The notes beneath the pieces are model-generated. The model did no database searches and was not told where the DNA came from. It saw only the letters and a program-made list of their open reading frames with translations. DNA of 64,000 nt from Amoebophrya sp. A120 (taxonomy: Eukaryota > Protista > Dinoflagellata). The position numbers were made by a program, and so were the translations under genes. Location: NCBI GenBank assembly GCA_905178155.1, contig CAJINV010000009.1, positions 855,415-919,414 of the forward strand, in the 5' to 3' direction. Shown one piece after another: positions 49,601 through 60,528 of the stretch; position 1 is the stretch's first letter; every line of letters starts with the position of its first letter.

Positions 49601-52331
49601 CCGCAACTGTATTTGTATTTCAAGGTTAAAGTAAATTGTCTTTGTGAAGGGCTTGGGCTTGGGGATCAGAGTCGCATCATCGAGATCGATCTGCTGCTGG
49701 ACGAAAAAACACGACGAAATGCAACACTGAAGCAATAGAAAAACGAAAACATCATATGTAGAGACTATACAAGTTCACTTTCATAGAGAAGAAAACGGGC
49801 GTTGCCATGTCCAGCCGGTGCGTCGCGCACTCATGCAGCGCGTGCGCCTCTACGGCGGGCGTCATTTTGTCGTTCGTAATCTTGCATTTATCGTCGGAGT
49901 AGAAGTGCGCGCTCGCGGACGTGGACGTGCTCGCGTTCCAGATCGTGTGGTAGACCAGCGATCGCATCAAGCGTGTCCCACCAGGAAGAGACCCGAGTGC
50001 GACTTTAGCCGGCGAGGCCGAGACAGATGTTGCATTACTGAAATTGGACGTATTATTTGCAGAAGATGCGTTCTTCGTCCTTTCTATCAATGTTCGTCCC
50101 GTATGCCCGAATAGAGCACCAGCAGACTCGGCATGTCGAGATGTTTCTGCATCAAGACTAGCACTAGAAGCAGGCTGTGATACGAAGCCAGATTCGAGGT
50201 CGGCCGTGGATTTTTCCGTGTCGTCTCTTGTGTCGTTCTGGTTCTGCTTCTGCTTCTGTGCCGCTGAAATAGAGCTTCGCCTGGAGTCTGCATCGAAATC
50301 CTGATCACTTCCGTGAGAGGACGCTGTGGAGGTAGTTTTGCTACTTGCACTTCCCACGTCACCAGGCAGCAGCTCCTGTTCAACTGAAGACCCCGCTTTT
50401 TTCTCTGCGACAATTGGGTAATCAATGATGCCATCCTCGTCTGATGAGTCCTCATCCGGCGTAGGCGCGTCGGTCATTTCGTCCGTCCCGGGTTGTTCCA
50501 TGATCTTCTGCTGCTCCGCTTCAGCTTCTCCGCTGGGGCTGCTATTTTGTTTATCGTCTTCCTCTTCCGAAAAGCGATATTCGTCGTCGTCGTTCTGGTC
50601 GCGCACAAAATCTGCTGATTCCTCCTGTTCTTCTTGTTCCTCGTCATCTTGATCAAACATACCGTAATCTCGTGATGTGTCTGCCGCTTCGCTCTCGTCG
50701 CTATTCGAATGTCTTTGCTGTACGACGTCGCCCTGGCTGTCCAAGGCTGTTGACTCATCTAGATCACGATCTTCTGTGTCGTCCCGTCGCCGACTTCCAA
50801 GCAGCTGATTTGCTTTTGCTTGGTTCAATTTCTGAGGCGAGCGCGGCCTCGCCTGTCCGTCCCGACCACGCAGCCCGGCTGGCGCACTCCCAGTTGAAGT
50901 TGTCTCTTTCGACACGGACACGTCTCCCTTTTGATTATCGTGATGTTCCTTCTCTTTGCTGCGGTAGCCACGTAAGAGGGACTTTGCTCTCGTCCGTGCG
51001 GATTCTCGTACAGCTACAGATGCTGTCGCCCCTTCCTGGTCTCTGAGGAACAGCTCCTCTTGCGAGTCAACATCCACATTCATTGTTGCATCTCGATTTT
51101 CGTTTTCGTCCACCTCATCAAATTTTGATGAAGTAGCTCGACGCACTAGTTTTCGCAGTGGCTTCGGTGACGCTTCTGTTGCGATTCCTTTCTTGCCGAG
51201 TGTGATTTTTGTGGCCTGGTGTCCGGATGAAGATGCTCGTAGAGATGTTTTTGCACCGCGATGCTGGAGCAGCATGTTCGCTTCTCGCTCAGCTGCTCTT
51301 TCAACGTCTTGCTGTGGGCCAGACGAATCAGGAAAGATCATCACGTCTGGCTCTTCATAGTCGGGTAAAGGATCTTCGTCGTAGTCTCGTCGCCGCCACC
51401 GTGGCTGCAGAAGCGAATTAGAGTACAGATCTGCAGTTTTTTGCTTTTGCGCTTTCCGCACTCCTGCAGGTTTTATTATCACTTCGTGCGGTTTCTTACT
51501 GCTGGTTGTTCGTACTACGTGCTCCACTTTTCCACCTTTGGTGTTGCCACTATAGTTCAAACTTTGTGTCCTACCAGTGGCCGATTTTTTCTTGGAATTC
51601 GATGAAAGACTACTGGAAGGCCTCTTTCCTGACTTCAACTTCTTTGCTGTTGCCGTTGTCTTTTCCGCTGATACTACGGAAGATTTTTGTTTTTTTGTAA
51701 CCTGCGCTGCCGTTGAATGCCCTGTTTTCGTTTCATGGTTTTGTATTCTACCGACCTTCGACTTCGTCCTGCTCCTACTACTTGTTTCGACCAAACGAGG
51801 ACCATGTTTGCTGTCATCCGTTTTCCGACTTCGAGATGGAGCTGCGCTTTCGCCGGCCTTGCCAGTCGATCTGACCGGGAGACGATTAGATTCCTGTCTC
51901 AGATCAGGTCCACTAGTCTTCTTCGATGCTGCTGCGCCACTGCTGGTAGAGCCCGTAGTCCTCCTCGGGGAGGTACTTTTCGCCGAAGACGCAACTGCTT
52001 CCCTTTTTTTCTGCAACTCCTGCAACAGGGACTTGGCAAGTGATTTTCGTTTTGCCGGGTTGCGTTCGCGCTTCACCTTCTCTTGCAACGAGTTCACGAG
52101 CTGCAAAACAGAAGATGCGGCAGGAGCGCTCGCTTCTGTCGATGCACCGGTCGCGGTCTGGTGGGCGCTTTCGGATGCATGCCTGGTTTCCACTGATGCT
52201 GTGCTGCCTGCAACAAACAAAGGGAATACGATGACAGCAACATGGAGCACAGCCATCAAGGCCCGAGCTCCTCGAGCCAGAACGCTAAGATTGCGACTGG
52301 CTGCAGCTGCTGAAGAGCGGGGAGCCATCAT
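46659..52331 (-). CDS. Large secreted/single-pass membrane protein with a Cys-containing ectodomain; 2-3 exons
   Basis: ORFs 49752-52415 and 47242-49623 join via a TTTCA direct repeat (FFSMKYKYSCGG). TM segment WLTIFLYVGMIVFLFVWFLWF. The last exon 46659-47105 may join by a GT-AG intron at 47106-47346 or be a separate gene. Confidence 0.6.
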
Positions 52332-53240
52332 TTGTTTATGTTTGAGGTGGATTTGTCTTTTCTGCTTAGAGTAGAACAAACATGCAGAAGACAGCACTAG
52401 TTCGATCAGGCACAAGGAACTAAAGCTATGTATTCATTGTGTGAATACATAGAAGATACAAACCAAACTACATCGGTTGTGTACTTTCACCACAGTTTTT
52501 GTTTCGTTTGTAATTTGCAAACAGATTGTGGTAAACAGAAATACACCATCAAAGCACGGCGGAGACGCGATTCCACGATCTGGACGACGAGTCAACGACA
52601 ATGCGATCGCTAGTAGAAAACGAACACGAAGTACGAAATCAACGACAATGAGAAAGTGCGCCCTCTCAGTTCTAAAAAGCCCTCTTTTGTCTCGCTACCG
52701 AGTGGATCACGTTCACGATCTGTAAGTGGACTATCTCATGCGCTACCATTATTCGATTTCGAAGCGAGACATCAATAAGAATAACGAAACCGAAAGTAGA
52801 AAAAAGAGTGGCGATTATGACAATATACCATAGAGGCCGTGGTTTCATACAGTTTTCGACTTGTGTCGAATTTCGAAAACTTCCGTTGCAAAAGCGGAGC
52901 GAAGAGCACGTCGCAGGGAAAGCTTCATCCAACGATGAACAAGAGCATGGCGCACTTCGGTAGAAGTTGAAATGTGGTCTCAATTGCCTTGCTCATGAGC
53001 TTGACTGAGGACCATCGATAACGATTGAGATCGTTGAGGAGAGAGTTATCATGTTGTAAGACTAAGACATACACATATTCATATAATTTTGCGTATGCTT
53101 CAAAATAAAACCTTGCTCTTCGTGTCGCTTGAGGTGGTGTATCAACAAATCGGTTTTTGGTTACCAAGATGAAGTTCAAGATTCAAAGGACGAATGAATC
53201 CAGCTCCGTGGTGTGGAAGTGCTTGTTCTTCACAAATGGT

Positions 53241-54591
53241 CTATCCCGTCGAGGAGCTAGAATCCGAACTGCTGTCACTATCGGACGAGTTGTCACGCCG
53301 GTAGCGGTTTAGTTGCTCGCGCCTTCTCTTCTTTGCCTTCTTCTCATCTTTTCGAACCTTCTTCTCCCGCTTCTTTTCTTTTTTCTTTTCTTTTTTGACC
53401 TTCTTCTGGCGCTTTTTTTCCGCCTTCTTTTCCTTCTTCAATTTCTTCTGTTCCTCCTTTGTCAGCCTAGGTTTCGGATCGGGTACTTTCTGCACGGGGA
53501 GTTTTGCCGAGGCGTTCGCGGGTGGGGCCATGGCGTCCGGATGGGGGGCTTTCCTAGGAATAAGTGGCGGGGTGTTTTGATCGCGACTTTCCCCGCTGTT
53601 GTCTCTGCTGATGTTTGCCGCTGCCGTTGCGGACGAGGACGACGAGGACCCTCCTGCACCATTGTTCGCATTCTGCTGTTCCTCTGGTTTCACATTCCCA
53701 GACTTTCCGAGTCTTTTCGGCGATTTCCGGTCGTTCTTCAGGTCTTTCATCATGTCCTCATCGTTCGCTGAAGCTGCGGCCATGGTGCCCAATGGAACAG
53801 ATGCCGTTGACCCGCCCCCGCCGTACTTGCGCAGCAGCTCCTCCTTCTTCTTTCGCGCCGCGGCTTCCGAATTTTCGTCGTCGTTTCCACCGAATCCTGG
53901 TGGCAGCGCCGCGCCGTGCCTCTGCGCCTCAACCCCGGTCATCTTTCCGGTAGTCTCGCCGTCGACGAGGGCGTCCGTCAGCCCATACAATTTCGCCTTC
54001 TTCAGCTCCAACTCCTCGCTTCGGTGCGCGGCGAAACCGAGCCCCTTGACGGTAAAGTCGGCGCCTTCCTGCGCGCCATCGGGGTCTTCGACCTCCATGT
54101 CCTCTTTCGAGAGTGCCTGCTTCATCTCCTCCGCTGTCAGCCGCTGCTTGGAAAGGAGTAGCTTCTTTGGCTTCTGCCCCAACGCTTCGGCGAAAAGCTG
54201 GTCTTCGAACTCCTTGATCGTGTTTTGCTCCTCTTGTCTCGATTTCGCGTCCCCGCGATTGTACTGCCACCAATCGGAACGGTTGAACGAGCCTGAATGA
54301 GTTGTAAAATGGTCTTTACAATGGGAAAATGCGGAGCAAAAAAAACCGAGGCAAAATTCGTTCACGCAGCACTAATTGCTCTTTACTTGAGATGATCAGC
54401 GCATCAACTACAAACAATAGAAAACGTCAAATTATACTCATCTTTCCCATGGTGCCCACCTTGACTGAGGCACCCAGGTAGGCCTCCCGGTCCTTCCATG
54501 CGTGGTTTTTGATGGAGTCCCAGTTGAAATTCTCGGTACCACCACGGGCACCATCCCGAATGCGGTTCTGATGCCATGACAAGTCCGCCAT
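53241..54591 (-). CDS. MMTAG2 (multiple myeloma tumor-associated protein 2)-like protein; 2 exons
   Basis: Exon 1 MADLSWHQNRIRDGARGGTENFNWDSIKNHAWKDREAYLGASVKVG matches the MMtag N-terminal pattern. GT-AG intron 54293-54437. IKEFEDQLFAEALG and a Lys-rich tail follow. Confidence 0.8.
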
Positions 54592-55420
54592 TTTGTTTGA
54601 TTCTTAGTCTGAAAAGGAAAAAAAACTTACTCAAACTAACTGCTGCTTGTCTGTTCTAGAATGGAGCTGTCGTTTTCTGTGTGCGACGTGGAAATAGTTC
54701 AGTCATGGGAGATCGAATTCAATATATGTCGTTGGGGCTGCTGGGGGATAAACACAACTTGTTCTATTCACGGGTGGTCCTGAAAACGAACTGTTTGCAA
54801 TTGAATGCGATTGACTCGATTTTGATTGGTGGTCCGGACGAAAACAAGTGTTTTTCCTTGGTCGTGTGCTCAGCACATGAAAAAAGTTTAAAATTGTATA
54901 AAACAAAAAATACAAAGCAAATGCGACTTACAAGGTTGTGCTGGTTAAGGATCATTCTTCAATTTTTCCCGAGGATCTTTAGATCAGTGTCATTTTCCTG
55001 TATACGGATTTTATTTGCTATTTCGCAAAACGGATCTCTACTTTTGTTTCATCTCACGACAGTCATATTGATGTGCGGTTTTCTTTTTTCCTTGTGTATG
55101 TTGTCTCTGAACATTTTGGTATCAATCGGTCGGGATGAGGCGGCCTGCAGCCTGCTGCTCTACTTGCTTATTTCTATATGGACCACTCAGCTGTTGCCTC
55201 GGCTACTCGTGCTATCAAACAATGTATGACGCACGGCAAGGCACAGCAACCGAAGGAAACTTACTGCGTATACAATCCAGTTACAGCTCTACAAGGGGTC
55301 ACTGCGTCCACGTTCTGCTGCTAGTTAGTACTTTGAGTTTGACCTGAGGCATCGGTTTCTCGGAAACGGATAACCCATCTCCCCGTGATCCGTCTCGTTA
55401 AGCTTTCTTGCAGTCCCCTG

Positions 55421-55906
55421 CTACAATGTAGCAAACGTCATGTTCTGCGTTTCGATAGCCGAGATCCCATCGATTGCTTTCCACTCCGCGAGCAGTGCCT
55501 CCTCCGGGGCGAACTTGGTACCAGCCCAATCCCCGAATTTGTCATCCAGGACGGAAATGACGAGCTTAATATCGCCGCATTCACCGCATACGGCGCGCTT
55601 GACCTGGAAAAGGTAGGAAAAAATACTTTGATTTTGTTCACCCAGTACTGGAGACTAGCTCCTGCGAAATAGAATTTGCAGTGCACAGGCGAAAAAATGG
55701 CTGGCGCTAGGTGGTGGTGAGCTTTAAATAAAACGAAACTCTACCTCTTTCAACCCCGGGATCTTTTTGAACTCCGGCAACAGCTTGTCAATGGCAGCAT
55801 TGGCTGCCTTCAACGAAGCAGATTCCGCTGGTGCACCAGTATACTTCGCACGGAATTCCCGCGCGACACACTCCCAAGAGACGCCACTGTCACCGAAGGA
55901 AGGCAT
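55421..55906 (-). CDS. Small conserved protist/algal hypothetical protein (VAREFR ... VCGECGD ... ETQ); 2 exons
   Basis: GT-AG intron 55604-55744 joins IPGLKE to VKRAVCGECGDIKLVISV...FAPEE...IDGISAIETQNMTFATL*. Confidence 0.75.
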
Positions 55907-56991
55907 CTTTTATTTGCGCGTGTCGTTCGTTTGCGTGGGGGAAGACTGAGAAAATACTCGAAGAAACGAGGAAATGGAAAAGGGTCGAACAAACAAGAGT
56001 GGTGTACTGTGTATTGTAGTCAACTCGTCCTCTCCAGTGGCTATTTCGTACAGTGAAATTTTTCTCGATTCGGACTGACGACGAAATCAGCATGATCAAG
56101 AGCATGACCGTGGCATGGTTACGCGCTTGGGCGGGATCCGTTTCCGCAGCACTTCATCAACTTCCATACTAGAAGGAAGATCGTGATCAGTGAACCTATT
56201 CCGAAAAGGTTCGGCTTCAGGTGTGAGAAACAATGACTATCATGAAACGTAACGTAGATCATCTGCAACCTGTCCCTGTGCAACCAAGGAGCTGAGAACT
56301 ACGAATGAGGATCTTTTTCTTTCATCGTTGCTTCGTGCATCGCCAAAGCGGACGTCATCATCCTTATCTTCTGCATCTTGATCGCAGTCATCACATCTAT
56401 GTTGCAATGCAAAGAAATTCAAAAACAGTGCGCTCCTGCTGTCGCCAATGTGAAGGCGAAGACACAAACTAACACTGAAAAGTAGGCCCGCACTTGTTCA
56501 TCTCCTGGCTGCAGTGCAGGTGGACTGGAGCACTTCCGTCCGAAAATGTGTCTACTTTGGCGGCTTCGTTCTTCTGTGCAAGTTGTCGAGAGCAGTACGC
56601 TGACACTGCCAGCCGAAACTGCCGGTCGACAAAATTGCTCTTTGTCATTTCTGTGAAACCAATCTTACATCAGCATCATGAAGAAGTAGGACTGAAAAAA
56701 CTATTGCGCCTTTTGTTACATGGGTGACACAACGGACAGCGTCCAGTGTATACACCAGCACAGGTCAAGCTATCAATCAGCTCAAGGAACATATTCTACA
56801 GAAGCTGCCAAGGCTTTCACTCATTACATTAGAGGTTCAAAAATTGCTTTGTAGTTCTGGGTGGAAAGTTCTGGTACTCCCATCTCAGTGTAAATGAACG
56901 TACATTTATTCGACAGCTACAGCTAGGTGGGACTTGTTCATTTGGAAGGACCTCGCGCGCGCTGAGTGGAAACATGATGCGCACCTAGAAC

Positions 56992-59900
56992 TTACCCCAG
57001 GAGCTCTTCCTGGCCAAGGCCGGAGACGCCGTTATATGGAGAAGGCGGTGATTCAGAGCCTAGCCTAGGCACCAGCAACTCAGGCGTCGGGACACGGTTC
57101 AACCTAGCAACCTGGTCCTGGTTCTGTGTCGGCGAAGATGGCGCACGCAAAAACTGCGCGTCTTCTTCGTGCAAGCGCTGCTCTTCAGGAAGGAGGTCAC
57201 GAATCAGGTGGCTCGTCTGCCCGCCTGAGCGAGGCTTGTTGCTTCGGCGATCGTGTGGCTGGGATGTAGTCACGATCGTGAACCCGGAAGCGTTATAGCC
57301 CGACACTGCATCAGAAGCAGCAGTGGCACGCGGCGGAGACGACCGGTTCTTGCGAGCGGCGGAACTGTGGATGTTGTGATTTCCGTTTTCAGATTTTCTC
57401 TTTTTATCGGCGCGCTCGCTAGAGAATTTATTCAATTGGCGAGCTGGCCTCCCGCTTCATCAGCCAGGTACTATATTTAGCGAAAATATAATTGCAAGAC
57501 TCGAGTACGTTGCCGCGCTCCCGGGCGGACTAAATCCGGTAGGCAAGCTTGCGCGGATCGGCTGGTAAGTAGAAGCGTTTGCATTGATTTGCGACTTAGG
57601 GACGGGGCCGGGTCGGGGTACCACTTCAAGCCTGCCGATCGGACGCGGATGTCTATCCGTCGCTGAAGTAGTGTGCGCTTCATCGAGGTTATCGTCCAGT
57701 ACTTCCTCTTCGTCTTCAATTTGTGAGGGTTTCCGAGGCCGAGAGTGCGACGGTGGGGTGAGGCGGTAATTTAGGTATTCGGCCGGCGCTGCGCCGCTAG
57801 GACTTGGTCGAACAACTTTATCCCTCTGATATTCGTGCGGCCGCTTGCGCCGCAAAAATTTATTGAGCGCGGGGAGCACATCGACCTTGTTTTGATAGTT
57901 TTGTTTCATGCGAATGCCTGATACATCAAAAATCTTTGTGCATGATCATCCATCGGAAGATTTATAAAACATGCCTAGGGAGGCTTACACAGTTCCGAAT
58001 GATCTTTTTATATGGTACCATCCACTCGACGTCGTTATGCTTCTTCCCCAAGATTTTCTTGAAGCTCGTCATTTTTGCGTCTCGTTCGGATTTTCTTTTG
58101 CTCCTCGACCGCAGCCACCGGTCGTCCTGCTCTGCGTCATCGTCTACGGGAGGACGAAGCTCCTTGTACAGCCGTCCTGCGTTCTGCGATATGTCGATCA
58201 CATCATCCTCATCTCCGTGCAGAATGCAGACGGGAACTTGGTCTCGACAAGCTTGAAGGCTCTTCGCGTTGTCCCAGTGTGTGTCGTCGAAAGATATCAT
58301 GCCCCCAAAGGGAAACCCAGCGGCAGCGGTTTCGACCGAGTAGAACGGCGACTGGAGAATCACCTGCGTCGTGCCATGCATTTTGATTAGCCTTCTGCTG
58401 TGTAAGCAACACGTCAAGGCTCAATGGAAAGCCCGAGCGGAAAGCGATTCAGCATCAACAGGGAGCAACTGCAACTTGCATATCAGCATCACAAACATCG
58501 CGAATACCGCGTGGAACGGATCCTGTCCCGAACCGTAAAGGCCCGCCAGCCGCGACGCTGGCCCAGTGCCGATGCTGCGTCCGTAGAGAATTACGTCGCT
58601 ATTTTTGGTGAATTGCTTGACTCGCTTCACGTATTCGTACGCCGCATAGACCACCGCGTCCACAACAGTGCACGAACAATGAAGAAGCGGTAAACTGTCA
58701 GCTCGATTTCCTGAGGATGATGACGCGGACGTGCTTGTGCCTGTAGTGGAAAAATTGATCTGGTCGCCACTTGCAGCAGCTGCACTCTGCCCTAGTTGGC
58801 CTGCTTCCACGCTGGATTTTGAGATCGCGCCGCACTCCATTAGGTACTGCCGCAGCATGTATTCCCGTCGCACTCTCTCGATTTCGCGACCATAAATGAC
58901 AGGATACTTTCCTTGTGCAGCTGCACCCGGAGTGGGGCCAGCAGTTGAGGCGGCCGCGGAACTTGTCCCACCTCCCCCACCGGGCGTCACGGTGCCTGCG
59001 GCGCTACTGGTTTCTACCTCCTGGAAGAAGCCGAACACATTGTTCGAATTCACGGACTCGCGCAACTGCAGGTCGAGCTCCGCTTGCGAAAATACGGAGA
59101 TCGGGGGCTTTGTGCCGGTCGTTCGCACCGCTGGTGTCGGGGTGGGCGTGTCGTCTACGACTCCGTAACGAAATGACGGCTGCGGTCGCGGTTGCTGCCG
59201 AAGATGCTCTGACGAGAAGGTAGTTGCTGTTGCAGGCTCTTCTTTCAATCGCCGTCGCCGTTCGTCATCCTTTTGCTCCTGTCGAGTTCTTGTTTTCGCG
59301 GGGGGCACCATTTTTGCGAGAGAAGGATCCACGCCACCCCAGCCACCTGGCCCTGTCTCCGGACGAATAATATCTTCCTCTCGAATCTCATCGTCAGGAA
59401 AGAGGATGCTTTTACGCCCTTGAGAAGGCGTAGGGGAGCTGCTACTTCCGCCTGTGCCATCTTTCTGCAACGTGAAGCTGCTCGAGGAGGAGCTCGATGC
59501 GGAGAAAAACTCTTTCATCGCAGCCTGTCGCTGCGCGGCCATTGTGCTGCCTTCATGAAGATCAACATGCTGCTTATTTTCCTCTAGCAGAGCTTGTTCG
59601 TAATGCTCGTTATCGAAAATGCGCTCAAATGGTGAAGCATTTGCTTCGTGTTCCCCTGGTGATCCCTGACTGCTGCCCTTGACCCGTAATTTTTTGATGT
59701 CTTGCTCCGCTCGGCTGCGACGCGAGGTGGATATAGGGGAAGAGGAAGACACCAGGCCGAGTTCACGAGCATCCTCTTGCAGTACTTCCCTGTCCCGTTT
59801 AAGCAGTTCCATTCGTTCCAGGAACTCCTCCTCGGTGCAGTTGCAGTACCGTTTGAAGATGCCATACCCGGGGTATTCCACCATGCAGACAGAAACGCCA

Positions 59901-60226
59901 AGACTTCGCATCAGCCGGTGACCGAGGACCTCCACCTGCCCCAGGTCCTCCCCGTTTGCGTGCATGTAGATGACGCACCGGCGCCGGTAGCTACCGCTGC
60001 AATCGTGGAACACCGAACCGGGTACGTAAAACCCGGAATCCGGGGGTTTCGGGGTCTCCTGCTGCTCGGCCAGGTGGTACTCCGCCGGGTTGTAGTATTT
60101 CGCGTAGTCCAAATACAGCACCGGTGTGCCCCACGGGGTCAGCTCCAGCCCGGTGGAAGGCACCCGCCCGCTGTCCACCCGGGGGAACAGAAACTGAGTC
60201 GCCACGCTTTGGCCCATCTTGAACAC
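56992..60226 (-). CDS. ABHD17-like alpha/beta hydrolase with a very long low-complexity insertion
   Basis: Motifs VIYMHANGEDLG, VEYPGYG, ILYGRSIGTGPA, VILQSP (via GT-AG intron 58364-58507), ILHGDEDDVI, KHND. The 3' exons are uncertain. Confidence 0.85.
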
Positions 60227-60528
60227 AACTCAGCTTCCGATGAGCCCCTGTCGCTGCCACGGGTTGTATTGAGGCGGATGATACTAACTTAGCGAGGAGG
60301 CTACACGCCTCAACTGTAATCACTCTGACTCCAATTCCAACGGACACGGAGGAAGACACTTCTAGAAAGATTTCGTAGTGATTCTACATGTGGAGACCAC
60401 TTGCGCAACGACTTCTGATGTGAAAATGAATATATATTAAGCAACGTAATTCTCACTTACGAAAGACACACAGAGCGGAAGCAAGGAACAGCAACGGAAG
60501 CAGATCTGCGCTTTCCCTCCGTGAAGAC

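Noticed and set aside
2188-52374. Long plus-strand ORFs (e.g. 2188-3192, 6684-7559, 12586-13704, 51577-52374)
   Set aside because: They are antisense shadows of GC-rich minus-strand exons.
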